Origin: Candidatus Heimdallarchaeota archaeon
Lineage (GTDB): Archaea > Asgardarchaeota > Heimdallarchaeia > Heimdallarchaeales > Heimdallarchaeaceae
Length of the DNA stretch: 16,932 bases
Direction: 5' to 3'
NCBI GenBank assembly: GCA_019057375.1
Contig: DXJF01000147.1
Location: 1-16,932, forward strand
The notes under the pieces are model-generated. The model saw only the letters and a list, made by a program, of their open reading frames with translations. It ran no database searches and had not been told where the DNA came from. The translations under genes were made by a program, and so were the position numbers. Positions 7,482 to 15,697 of this stretch are shown here, piece by piece. The first letter of the stretch is position 1. Every line of letters starts with the position of its first letter.

Positions 7482-9725
7482 TTATTTTATTTGGGTTGAT
7501 CTTCCTCTAGCAAAATCAGCGATAACAATGTAGGAAACTATTTTTGCAAATTCTGTAGAGCTACTTAAGATTCCAACAACTTCATTTGTTGCTTCATCTA
7601 CAGCTCCAATCAGAACTTCCTCGTTTTCTCTTTCAACTCCTATGAACTTTGGCAATTCTACTCCTGTACCCACATCTCTGAACTTTCTTACCTCAACATT
7701 TGCTTCTGCTGTATATGCTGAATCGATCCATTCTCTGTTTATCGTTTCATCTAGTTTTGTTACTATAGTAACTCTTACTGTTGAAGGTAAGGTTTTCACT
7801 GCATCTAGTGGTATATAGTCTGGATTTGGGGACATTATTGTTACACTTCTTTTTGCAGCTCTGACTATTCTATCCATATGATCTTTTGTAGCTTCTAATC
7901 CTGTTATTGATGTTGTTTCGACTCTAGGTATGGGTGATTCTCTAGTTGTTGCTTCTAGTGTTCTGAAATCGTTCTTCAATTTCATAGCTACTGTTAAAAG
8001 ATGATTTGCTGTATCTGTGAACTTTCCTTCAGTCTCAGCAAGAAATCTTGCAGCAGCATCTACTTCTTCAGTTAGATTTCCGGCAAGTTGATTTTTACTA
8101 TCAGTTATTTGAGCCTTTGAAGTTGTTACTATATCGTTTGTTATGTTACGGGTAGATTCTAAGGATTGATCCAAATAAGTTGATAATTCAGAGGAAATAG
8201 CAGAAGTTGAAGAATTGATCAAATTAACAGCTTCTTGATACTTTGAATTTATTGCTACTTCATTCTCTTGAGCAATTGTTTGCATTTGACTTGCTAAATC
8301 AGACCATTTTTCCTTTAGGTTGTTTGTCTCGTTTCCTAGCGTTTGGTTAATATTCTCATTTAGTTTTGTAGCAAGATTCCTAAAAGATTGAACATGATTG
8401 TTTAAATTGTCAACAATGCTGGTCACAATATCACTAAATTGAGTTGAAAAGTTCTCCTCAAAATTACTTAGTCTTGTTCTTGCAGTTTCCTGAATTTCTT
8501 GAATCTTATTGTTATAGCTCTGTAATGTTTCACTATATTGTGCATCAAGTTTTTGAGCAAACATGTCTCTTTCACTTGTTAAGTTGTTACGGTGTATTTG
8601 CTCACTGTTTTGAAGATTAGTATATTTAAGATTTATATCTTCTTTTATTTGTGACACAGTATTTGATAAGGCAAGGTTTTTCTGTTGAATGAGTTCATCA
8701 GATAAGGATTGTTTGATCTCTGAAACCTTATCATTTAGAGCAGATACAGCTTCTTGAACCTGAAGTGACAATTCTTCTACTTTTCTGTTTAAAAGCATCT
8801 CAAGTGAATTGTTTAACTCATTTAGTGAACCGGACACTGTTTCTGAAATTTCATCAACAGTTTCTCCAGTTGTTCTTACAGTTTCAGTTGAAAAGCTGAG
8901 ATTTTTGTCTGCTTGACTTTTAGTAAACGCTCTAACATCGATTTTTGTTAAATCAATACTTTCTTCCAAAAGTTGTGGAATTTCCCCCATATGAGCTGAA
9001 TAATTCTCCCCTAATAATTCCAACTTTGGTTTTAGGGGTTGAGATATTTCCTCAATTGATGTCAACGTTTGATTAACATTTTGATCTACTTGACTACTTG
9101 ATATGGAAGCACTTTCAGTATTATTTTGAGATATTTTTGCTTCTGCTGAATCTATTGATGATTTAGCGTTTGAAATACTATCTGTATTATTCTGTAATGT
9201 TTCTTGGACAAAATTCGTTAAACGCTGTTTTTGTTCATCTTGAATGGTAGAAATTTCGCGTTTAATTTCATTTGATTTTGATACTAGAAATTCCTTTTTC
9301 TGATTATGCATATTCTCTAATTCTGAAGATGAACTAGCTAATTTTTGATCTAACTCAGCTTCTTTTCTTGAAACAGATTCATTTAGCTGTGTTACAAGAT
9401 TGGTTCTTAGCTCATTAAACTCAGTTTTTTTGCTCTCCATGAAAGTTGAAGTGTTTGTCAAGTTATTCTTAACACTTGCACCAATTTGATCGCTACTTTC
9501 AGCAAGATATTCTAAAGGTATTCTAACGAAATATTTCTCGAAATACCCTTCAGATACACCTACAGCACCTTTTTTCTGCAATGCATCAAGAGCAACTTGA
9601 ACTTTCGAAAAATGGAGATTTCCAAATTGAGCTATTTCAAAAGCTGTTAATTGACCTGATCCTAACAAAATAGAATAAACTTGTTTTTCTTCTGGTGTTA
9701 ACTCTAATCTTTCAATAAATGACAT
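7482..9725 (-). CDS. TrmB-like wHTH protein with a very long central coiled-coil/helical region and C-terminal TrmB effector (PLD-like) domain
   Basis: N-term LELTPEEKQVYSILLGSGQLTAFEIAQ..SKVQVALDALQKKGAV fits the TrmB wHTH. About 500 aa of Pro-poor Q/E/N/S/T/L helical sequence follow. C-term ITGLEATKDHMDRIVRAAKRSVTIMSP..VRVTIVT..KFIGVERENEEVLIG fits the TrmB/PLD-like fold. AGGTGA RBS at 9732-9737. Confidence 0.75.
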   Translation of the reverse strand: MSFIERLELTPEEKQVYSILLGSGQLTAFEIAQFGNLHFSKVQVALDALQKKGAVGVSEGYFEKYFVRIPLEYLAESSDQIGASVKNNLTNTSTFMESKKTEFNELRTNLVTQLNESVSRKEAELDQKLASSSSELENMHNQKKEFLVSKSNEIKREISTIQDEQKQRLTNFVQETLQNNTDSISNAKSSIDSAEAKISQNNTESASISSSQVDQNVNQTLTSIEEISQPLKPKLELLGENYSAHMGEIPQLLEESIDLTKIDVRAFTKSQADKNLSFSTETVRTTGETVDEISETVSGSLNELNNSLEMLLNRKVEELSLQVQEAVSALNDKVSEIKQSLSDELIQQKNLALSNTVSQIKEDINLKYTNLQNSEQIHRNNLTSERDMFAQKLDAQYSETLQSYNNKIQEIQETARTRLSNFEENFSTQFSDIVTSIVDNLNNHVQSFRNLATKLNENINQTLGNETNNLKEKWSDLASQMQTIAQENEVAINSKYQEAVNLINSSTSAISSELSTYLDQSLESTRNITNDIVTTSKAQITDSKNQLAGNLTEEVDAAARFLAETEGKFTDTANHLLTVAMKLKNDFRTLEATTRESPIPRVETTSITGLEATKDHMDRIVRAAKRSVTIMSPNPDYIPLDAVKTLPSTVRVTIVTKLDETINREWIDSAYTAEANVEVRKFRDVGTGVELPKFIGVERENEEVLIGAVDEATNEVVGILSSSTEFAKIVSYIVIADFARGRSTQIK

Positions 9726-9858
9726 TTTTACTCACCTATTAATTTCAAAGCTTTATCTCTCAAGTTAAATTAATAAGGTTTCTTAAAAGGCACATGTCAC
9801 TAGCATCTTTGAGAATCTTTTTTAACAAGGCAATATTATTTGCTGGTGTGGTAAACTA

Positions 9859-10467
9859 ATGGCTGAATATGAAATAGTCTCTTGGGATCAAAGTTACCAG
9901 ATGACTTTTTACTTATTTGAAAAAATGACAGAAGATAATTTTTACCCTGAAATCATAGTTGGTATTGCTAGAGGCGGATGGATCCCAGCCAGATTGTTAG
10001 CAGATTTTTATGGTAACCGAAGGACAGCTAATATAAAGATAGAATTCTACAATAATACCTCGAGAGCCACAGATAATCCTATCATAACCCAAGAAATTTC
10101 TGAGAAAGTTGAAGATAAAATAGTTTTAATTGTTGATGATGTTGCAGATTCAGGAAAAAGTCTAATGGCAGCTATTGAACATATAAAAGTAATGGGGGCT
10201 AGGGAGATAAGGACCGCCACACTTTATTACAAAAAGCACAGCATTATAAAGCCTGAGTATTATATCAAGGAAACCAAATCTTGGATAGTTTATCCCTGGG
10301 AATATGGAGAGTTTGCAGCTTTTCAATATGACCAGTTAAACGAGAAGATGTCTATTAAAGAAATTAGAAGAAAATTAAAAGACATTGGGATTCCGCCACC
10401 ATTAGTGAATGCTTTTTTTTCTCTAATTCTAGATAAGATAAATGAAAAGAGGAAAAATAATGAGTGA
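9859..10467 (+). CDS. Type I phosphoribosyltransferase (hypoxanthine/xanthine-guanine PRT-like)
   Basis: IVGIARGGWIPARLLAD, PRPP-binding VLIVDDVADSGKSL, terminal WIVYPWE. GGTG RBS-like motif upstream. Confidence 0.88.
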   Translation: MAEYEIVSWDQSYQMTFYLFEKMTEDNFYPEIIVGIARGGWIPARLLADFYGNRRTANIKIEFYNNTSRATDNPIITQEISEKVEDKIVLIVDDVADSGKSLMAAIEHIKVMGAREIRTATLYYKKHSIIKPEYYIKETKSWIVYPWEYGEFAAFQYDQLNEKMSIKEIRRKLKDIGIPPPLVNAFFSLILDKINEKRKNNE

Positions 10468-10774
10468 AGAAAATTCCGAAGACAACGTAGAATTACCTAG
10501 TGATGTTATTGATAGAGTTAATGTTGGTGTTGTTGCAGTCTCTTTAAGCTTATATGAAGAAGGAATGAGTTTAGGAGAATTGATTGAAGTAACTGGGATA
10601 AGAAAGAAAGATGTAATGAAAAATCTGGAATTCTTAATTCATCATAGAATGGTTCGACAAAGACTGAACACAGATATCTACTATGTTTCAAATTTCAAGA
10701 AAATGCTTCAATTCTTACTGTCTTCAGGCTTAATGTTCCCAATTGGTGATCAAGTTTCCAAAACTAAGGAGTAG
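10460..10774 (+). CDS. Small winged-helix DNA-binding protein
   Basis: Probable start at the second ATG (10460), overlapping the PRT stop by 8 nt and preceded by GAGGA. GMSLGELIEVTGIRKKDVMKNLEFLIHHRMVRQ..YYV fits HTH plus wing. Confidence 0.65.
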   Translation: MSEENSEDNVELPSDVIDRVNVGVVAVSLSLYEEGMSLGELIEVTGIRKKDVMKNLEFLIHHRMVRQRLNTDIYYVSNFKKMLQFLLSSGLMFPIGDQVSKTKE

Positions 10775-10788
10775 AAAATAGCGAACCT

Positions 10789-12393
10789 TTATTTTCCAAG
10801 AAATGTTTCTAATGAGGTTTGAGAACCTTCTTTGCTTTTATTATCTGTTGATTTTTTCTCTTCCTTTTCTTCTGTTTCAGAATCATCTACTTTCTTCTTT
10901 TTTGATTTATCTTGTGATTTATTGCTTTTCTCACCTTTATTATCAGTTTTTGTAGATCTTTCTTTAACAGCTGTCCCAGTTGTTTTTGTTTTAGTTGTTT
11001 TTTTTGATTTTTGTGATGATTTTTGAACAGGTTTTGTTGTTTTTTGTGTATAAAAAATCAAAGTTTGATTCATTTCTTTAGCTTTACTGATCCAATTTTC
11101 TGCCATTTGCAGATATGCTTCTTCTGAGTATTCTAGAATTCTTTTAGTAAGTTTGTTGGATTTATCAGTTAGGAAGAGGATATCTGATTCTTCATACTGA
11201 AACCAAGCTACTAAACCAGCAGCCATTCTCGGATTAGTATTGAAGATTACACGAATAAAGGGATAATAATCAACTTGAAAAGCTTTTTTTGAACAATGAA
11301 GTTGTTTTATACTTTTGTTTGCGATGCCTGTTATGCTAGCATTTTTACCTCTTAACCTTCCCATCAATGACCAATAGCTTGGGAAACCATATTTAGTATA
11401 TTTGAAGGATGATGTTTTTACTAAACCCACAGAGGAAATAAAAGTGAAGAAGTACTTGAGAAATTTCCAATCTTGCTTGATATAACAATGTTGTAAATAC
11501 ATATCCGCTTCTGCAATTAACTGATAAATACTAAATAACTCTTCAGATGAATCTGCTTGTTTATAGGCATGTTCGTAAACATAAGTAAGTAATTCTCTAT
11601 AGTCAACATCCACTCCGTCTAAGGCTCTTTTAGCAGAAGCAAAATCCTTAGCTCCAAAGATATTATTAAGAGCTGAATCCAAACTGTGTTTTTGATTTCT
11701 CGAGTCAAAAATAATTTTAATGTCCTTTGTAACAAAGGACGCCCCTTCTAAATCATTGATAGCAGACCTCGCATCACCACCGCTATTTTTAGTTATAGCA
11801 ATTAGTGTTTCCTCATTAGTATCCAATTTTTCCTCTTTAACAATCTTCTTGAGAAGAGCGAGAATTTCCTCCTCTTTTAAACTGTGGAACTCAATTACTA
11901 ACATATTTTTTTTAGCAGATTTCAACGAGGAAGCTGAAGGATCATTTGCGGTACATATTATCGGGGTTCTTGTCGCAGTTACAGCTCTCGCTAAAGCGCT
12001 TCCTCCACCTCTATCTTCATTTCCAAAAAGTCCGTCCGCTTCATCAACTAGAATCAATTTTCTGACCCTTGCTCCTTGGAGCACAGTTCCTTCAGTTGAT
12101 GCTCTTCCAACAAGTAGGTCAACGGCTTTTTTATTTCTTTTATCGCTAGCATTTACTTCAACAAATTCATAATTATATTTCTTTATTAGATAATATACTA
12201 CACTAGTTTTACCTACTCCAGCTGGTCCGGCCAATAGAGCAACTTTCTTCCTTTGTTGGTTCCAGTTTTTCAGCCAGTTTTCTAACTTCTGAACTGCCTC
12301 CTTGTTTCCAACAAAATCTTCTAATCGCTCAGGACGATATTTTTCAACCCAAGGCACAACTTGATTATCTTTATTACTAGCCATAAATGTCAT
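10789..12393 (-). CDS. rfcL: Replication factor C large subunit (start may be ATG 12384)
   Basis: PWVEKYRP, Walker A GPAGVGKT, EVNASD, Walker B LVDEADG, PIICTAND, GDARSAINDL. K/E/S/T-rich disordered tail ends in PIP box QTSLETFL (10798-10821). Confidence 0.93.
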   Translation of the reverse strand: MTFMASNKDNQVVPWVEKYRPERLEDFVGNKEAVQKLENWLKNWNQQRKKVALLAGPAGVGKTSVVYYLIKKYNYEFVEVNASDKRNKKAVDLLVGRASTEGTVLQGARVRKLILVDEADGLFGNEDRGGGSALARAVTATRTPIICTANDPSASSLKSAKKNMLVIEFHSLKEEEILALLKKIVKEEKLDTNEETLIAITKNSGGDARSAINDLEGASFVTKDIKIIFDSRNQKHSLDSALNNIFGAKDFASAKRALDGVDVDYRELLTYVYEHAYKQADSSEELFSIYQLIAEADMYLQHCYIKQDWKFLKYFFTFISSVGLVKTSSFKYTKYGFPSYWSLMGRLRGKNASITGIANKSIKQLHCSKKAFQVDYYPFIRVIFNTNPRMAAGLVAWFQYEESDILFLTDKSNKLTKRILEYSEEAYLQMAENWISKAKEMNQTLIFYTQKTTKPVQKSSQKSKKTTKTKTTGTAVKERSTKTDNKGEKSNKSQDKSKKKKVDDSETEEKEEKKSTDNKSKEGSQTSLETFLGK

Positions 12394-12423
12394 TTAGACC
12401 ATAAATGTTTCAATATAAAAAAT

Positions 12424-12433
12424 ATGTGGGTAA
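12424..12433 (-). promoter_or_regulatory. TTACCCACAT motif immediately upstream of a TATA-like element of rfcL
   Basis: Minus strand reads TTACCCACAT-ATT-TTTTATA, with the TATA-like box about 21-27 nt before ATG 12393. Identical to 6431-6440. Confidence 0.4.
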
Positions 12434-12452
12434 TGTGAGAATGTTATTTACA

Positions 12453-13049
12453 TTACTCTTCTGAATCTTTCTTTTTATCCTTAGTTCTAGTTATGAGCAT
12501 TTTCCCTAAAATACCACCTATTATTCCACCTACAAGTCCTATTAATGGTACAAAAATGAATGAACCTAAAATCAAAGTTGCAAAGAAAGTACTAAAAAAT
12601 AGACTTCCAGAGCCAAAAAATGAAGAAGTCATTGTAGCAAAAATGAAGTCTAGAAATAGGAAAGATAACATTGCAGACCAAGCACCAGATCTTAACCCCC
12701 CTCTGGAAACTAAACCTCCAACAAAAGAACCAATTAGCCAAATAACTAATATCAAAACATATACTCCTCCATTACCCAAGGTATTATCAAGACCATAAGT
12801 TTCCAGAATTGGAATCGGAATGGGCAAATTCATTTTGATAAATATGTTGACTACTAAGAGAATCAGAAGCATTAACCAGAAATGACCACCAGAGCCATGA
12901 TCAGCAACTAACGCTGTATTTGCAATATCCAAAGCTTCGATACCAAGTGTTGGCCAGAGTACTAACATCAGAAGGACAACGACAATTGTACAGGTAATAA
13001 AACCAATTATAGATTTGTAGATACGCCTAAGGAAGAACATATCAATCAA
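12453..13049 (-). CDS. Gly-rich integral membrane protein (~5 TM), family uncertain
   Basis: Five hydrophobic segments, glycine-zipper-like GSFVGGLVSRGG and GLVGGIIGGILG, charged C-terminal tail. Resembles small archaeal DUF5518-like proteins from memory only. Confidence 0.7.
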   Translation of the reverse strand: MIDMFFLRRIYKSIIGFITCTIVVVLLMLVLWPTLGIEALDIANTALVADHGSGGHFWLMLLILLVVNIFIKMNLPIPIPILETYGLDNTLGNGGVYVLILVIWLIGSFVGGLVSRGGLRSGAWSAMLSFLFLDFIFATMTSSFFGSGSLFFSTFFATLILGSFIFVPLIGLVGGIIGGILGKMLITRTKDKKKDSEE

Positions 13050-13112
13050 ATTAAATTGGAGACTTTCTTATTTAGACGTTTGTATTCATTTAGAAGAATC
13101 GATTTTTAGAAA

Positions 13113-13868
13113 TTAGAATAAGATTGATAAACAGGTTAAAGATGCTTGACACTTCTCAAATTCACTCATATTCAATGTGATCACATAAAAACCAGCATTT
13201 TCTACTGCTTTTTGTGCGAATGAAAACTTATCAGACATAATAACTGTATCAGCTAAGGCTAAACAGTTTACAGAATAATATTCTTCTTTTGGAATTATAA
13301 CTAATTTAAGATTCTTCAGCAGAGGGTGTTTTTCATATTCGGTTGTTGTAATAGCAGTGTTCTTTCCAAGATATTTTATGTAGCTCTTTAAGTGAACAAT
13401 ATTAGGGTTAGTAATCGATGAAATCTCAACATCTAACCAAGATCTTAATTGATTCACACCGTGTTGGTTTGTTCTTTGAGTAATTCCACAAATTAACTTA
13501 TCTGGGAGATGAACAACGTCCCCACCTTCAATAATAGCAGGAGTAGTAGCTCTTTTTACAGAGAAATAGTTCAACAATGTTTTTTCTACATCTTCATCCT
13601 CCCCCCTTCGACTTTCTAATGCCATTCGTGTAACCAGAGCTTTTGTACCATGTACAACAGCATTGTCTTCTACAAAGCATGAATCTGGAAGGATATCCTT
13701 TGGTGGCAGTTTTATGAGGTCTAAACCTAGTTCTCTTAGAGTCTCACAATATCTGTTATGCTGCTCTTTTGCCAAAGGTAAATTTACTGTATGACCCATC
13801 GGATGAGAAGTTACACAATTAGTGTATCTCTTACCAGGTTCACGAACTATTGCTCTATTTGCATTCAT
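13113..13868 (-). CDS. ddah: Dimethylarginine dimethylaminohydrolase / amidinotransferase-superfamily protein
   Basis: PDSCFVEDNAV, IEGGDV, HLKS and C-terminal SLTCLS supply the conserved Asp/Glu, His and nucleophilic Cys positions. Confidence 0.88.
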   Translation of the reverse strand: MNANRAIVREPGKRYTNCVTSHPMGHTVNLPLAKEQHNRYCETLRELGLDLIKLPPKDILPDSCFVEDNAVVHGTKALVTRMALESRRGEDEDVEKTLLNYFSVKRATTPAIIEGGDVVHLPDKLICGITQRTNQHGVNQLRSWLDVEISSITNPNIVHLKSYIKYLGKNTAITTTEYEKHPLLKNLKLVIIPKEEYYSVNCLALADTVIMSDKFSFAQKAVENAGFYVITLNMSEFEKCQASLTCLSILF

Positions 13869-13898
13869 TCAGATTTCAAAGTATAATTTGAGGATGAG

Positions 13899-13906
13899 TT
13901 TAAATA
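13899..13906 (+). promoter_or_regulatory. TATA box TTTAAATA in the 60-bp divergent promoter between DDAH and the TIM-barrel gene
   Basis: Lies 23-30 nt before ATG 13929, typical spacing for a leaderless archaeal mRNA. The palindromic TTTAAA core is about 31 nt from the DDAH start on the other strand. Confidence 0.45.
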
Positions 13907-13928
13907 TTTCTCCATCGCATCAGCTAGT

Positions 13929-14756
13929 ATGGTACTAATAGGTCAGACTGTTCAACCGTATAAGGGGCTTGGTTGCGAATACATCATACGTTTAGCTAAA
14001 TCACTAGGAATCGAATCATGTGAAATAAACCCTCAAGGAGTAAATTTGGAAAACAAAGATAAAATAATCGAAGCAGTTGGAAAGATGAAAACCACATTCC
14101 ATTTACCTGTAGAAGGAATAGAAGGATTCGATTTTGCTTATCCCGAAAAGGAAAAAGAAATTCAAGATATTATTAAGTTGGTAAATGAATATGGTAAGGA
14201 TCTGAATATCATCTTAGGGGTCTTTCATCCAGTCGAAACTCATGGGAACCTAGAAACGTTATTGAAAAATATTAAACAACTAAAAATTCCTTTGGTCGTA
14301 GAGAATATTCAGTTAACTTCTGATGAGGAATTTATTGACTCATACAATCTATTCAAAAGAGAATTGGGGAATCAACTTAAAGGATGGTTATTTGATGTTG
14401 CACACTCCTATCTACGTAATGGTCCAGAAAAATATCTTGATTTATTGGATAAAATACCATTTGATGAATTAGAAGAAATTCATCTATCAGATTGCACTGA
14501 AGGCGAAGATTCTCATTATTCATTCGGAGCTGGAATTCTTCCAATAAAGCATATTCTTAATGAGATTAAAAAAAGAGGATTCAATAAGATAATTGTGAAT
14601 GAGATTGATGCCTACCCTAGCATCTGGAGTGCAATTGATTCATACCGAGAAGTTGCTAAATATTTTAAGAAGCGACTGTATTTCAAAGTTATAGCAAGAC
14701 AAGTTCTTGTTAAGTCTTTAGTTAAGAAGAAGCTAAAAAAAGCCAATATTATTTAA
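13929..14756 (+). CDS. Xylose isomerase-like / AP endonuclease family 2 TIM-barrel metalloenzyme
   Basis: Metal-ligand motifs FHLP, FHP, VENI, FDVAHSY, EIHLSD, DSHYSFGAG, VNEI appear in the canonical order. Confidence 0.82.
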   Translation: MVLIGQTVQPYKGLGCEYIIRLAKSLGIESCEINPQGVNLENKDKIIEAVGKMKTTFHLPVEGIEGFDFAYPEKEKEIQDIIKLVNEYGKDLNIILGVFHPVETHGNLETLLKNIKQLKIPLVVENIQLTSDEEFIDSYNLFKRELGNQLKGWLFDVAHSYLRNGPEKYLDLLDKIPFDELEEIHLSDCTEGEDSHYSFGAGILPIKHILNEIKKRGFNKIIVNEIDAYPSIWSAIDSYREVAKYFKKRLYFKVIARQVLVKSLVKKKLKKANII

Positions 14757-14764
14757 TTCTGTCT

Positions 14765-15046
14765 TTAAGATTTCTTCTTAATATATGTCATTAATTGAAA
14801 GGATAAATCAACCCATTTGAGATATGAATTAACTGTAGCTCTTGCTGAGACAGAATCCTTTGCATTAATTTTCAGAATCAATTTCGAGTCTTGTTTCTCA
14901 ATGGTAGCAGCAGATCGTTCATTTGGATCGAAATCAGTTTCTAGAAGTAAGTTGGAATATATTTGATTGCAAATTTCAATATCAGATAGTTTAATCTCAA
15001 AAAGAATATCTATGTTTGAAATGTTTTTTTCTTGAATGCTAATCAC
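14765..15046 (-). CDS. pcc1: KEOPS complex subunit Pcc1
   Basis: ERSAATI..LILKINAKDSVSARATVNSYLKWV matches the Pcc1 motif. Conserved position downstream of Brix; GTG start overlaps the Brix stop. Confidence 0.85.
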   Translation of the reverse strand: MISIQEKNISNIDILFEIKLSDIEICNQIYSNLLLETDFDPNERSAATIEKQDSKLILKINAKDSVSARATVNSYLKWVDLSFQLMTYIKKKS

Positions 15047-15617
15047 CAGCTATTTTTTTCGTATTATTGTCTTGAATCTTTCTTTCTATTATTCTCAATT
15101 TTATGCGAGGCCCAGTCTGTTTGTTGTTTTTATCTAGAAATTCTAAGAAGATAATACCATCATCTTTATCCAGATAATCTGCATAAACAGTAACATATTC
15201 CTTATCTTTGATTTTCTCGATTGATTCGTTGGTTATACCTAATAATTTCTTAAGAATTTCCTCTTCAACTGGATTCTCAAGAGTTGAAATTAATATTGAA
15301 ACAGCAGGTTTTCGTTTTCTAAATTTTTCTTGATAATCCCTAGATAACGTTAAACCTCTAATCTTTATGGCATAGGGTATTTCTTCTATTTTATCTGTTA
15401 AGTCAAATAACCTAACAAAATTCGGATTACCTTTTACCGAGTTGATTATAACAGCTGTTTCATAGCCTTGATTTTTCATAGAATTCAAACAAAAAACTTC
15501 GTTTGCTGATCCTCTTGGAATCCTCGAAGAACGAGGAACCACACTGACCATATCATGGATGAAGGTTCTAGTTTTGTTGGTTGGGGAGCGTGATGTAGTA
15601 TAACCAATTTTAGTCAT
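15039..15617 (-). CDS. Archaeal Brix/Imp4-domain ribosome-biogenesis protein
   Basis: IGYTTSRSPTNKTRTFIHDM, RG.AN and GNP motifs, plus conserved context after rpl37ae. Start taken as ATG 15617. Confidence 0.85.
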   Translation of the reverse strand: MTKIGYTTSRSPTNKTRTFIHDMVSVVPRSSRIPRGSANEVFCLNSMKNQGYETAVIINSVKGNPNFVRLFDLTDKIEEIPYAIKIRGLTLSRDYQEKFRKRKPAVSILISTLENPVEEEILKKLLGITNESIEKIKDKEYVTVYADYLDKDDGIIFLEFLDKNNKQTGPRIKLRIIERKIQDNNTKKIAGD

Positions 15618-15663
15618 TAAGTTCACGACGTTTTGGAGTTTTAAAATGTAAGTATGTTAAACT

Positions 15664-15684
15664 AAAAACAAATAAAATAAAAAA
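15664..15684 (-). terminator. T-rich terminator after rpl37ae
   Basis: Minus strand TTTTTTATTTTATTTGTTTTT begins about 14 nt after the stop at 15698. Confidence 0.45.
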
Positions 15685-15697
15685 TAGGAGGGATTGA

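Noticed and set aside
7482-7920. Active PLD-family nuclease (defence effector)
   Set aside because: The HxKxxxxD motif lacks the catalytic His (LPKFIGVE), as in non-catalytic TrmB effector domains.
7482-9725. SMC/Rad50, chemoreceptor or phage tape-measure protein
   Set aside because: No Walker A/B, ABC signature, hinge or zinc hook, no TM or MCP hairpin motif, no phage genes; termini are TrmB-like.
10832-12798. Plus-strand ORFs 10832-11026, 11720-12172, 12493-12798
   Set aside because: Antisense mirrors of rfcL and the membrane gene; composition is explained by opposite-strand codon bias.
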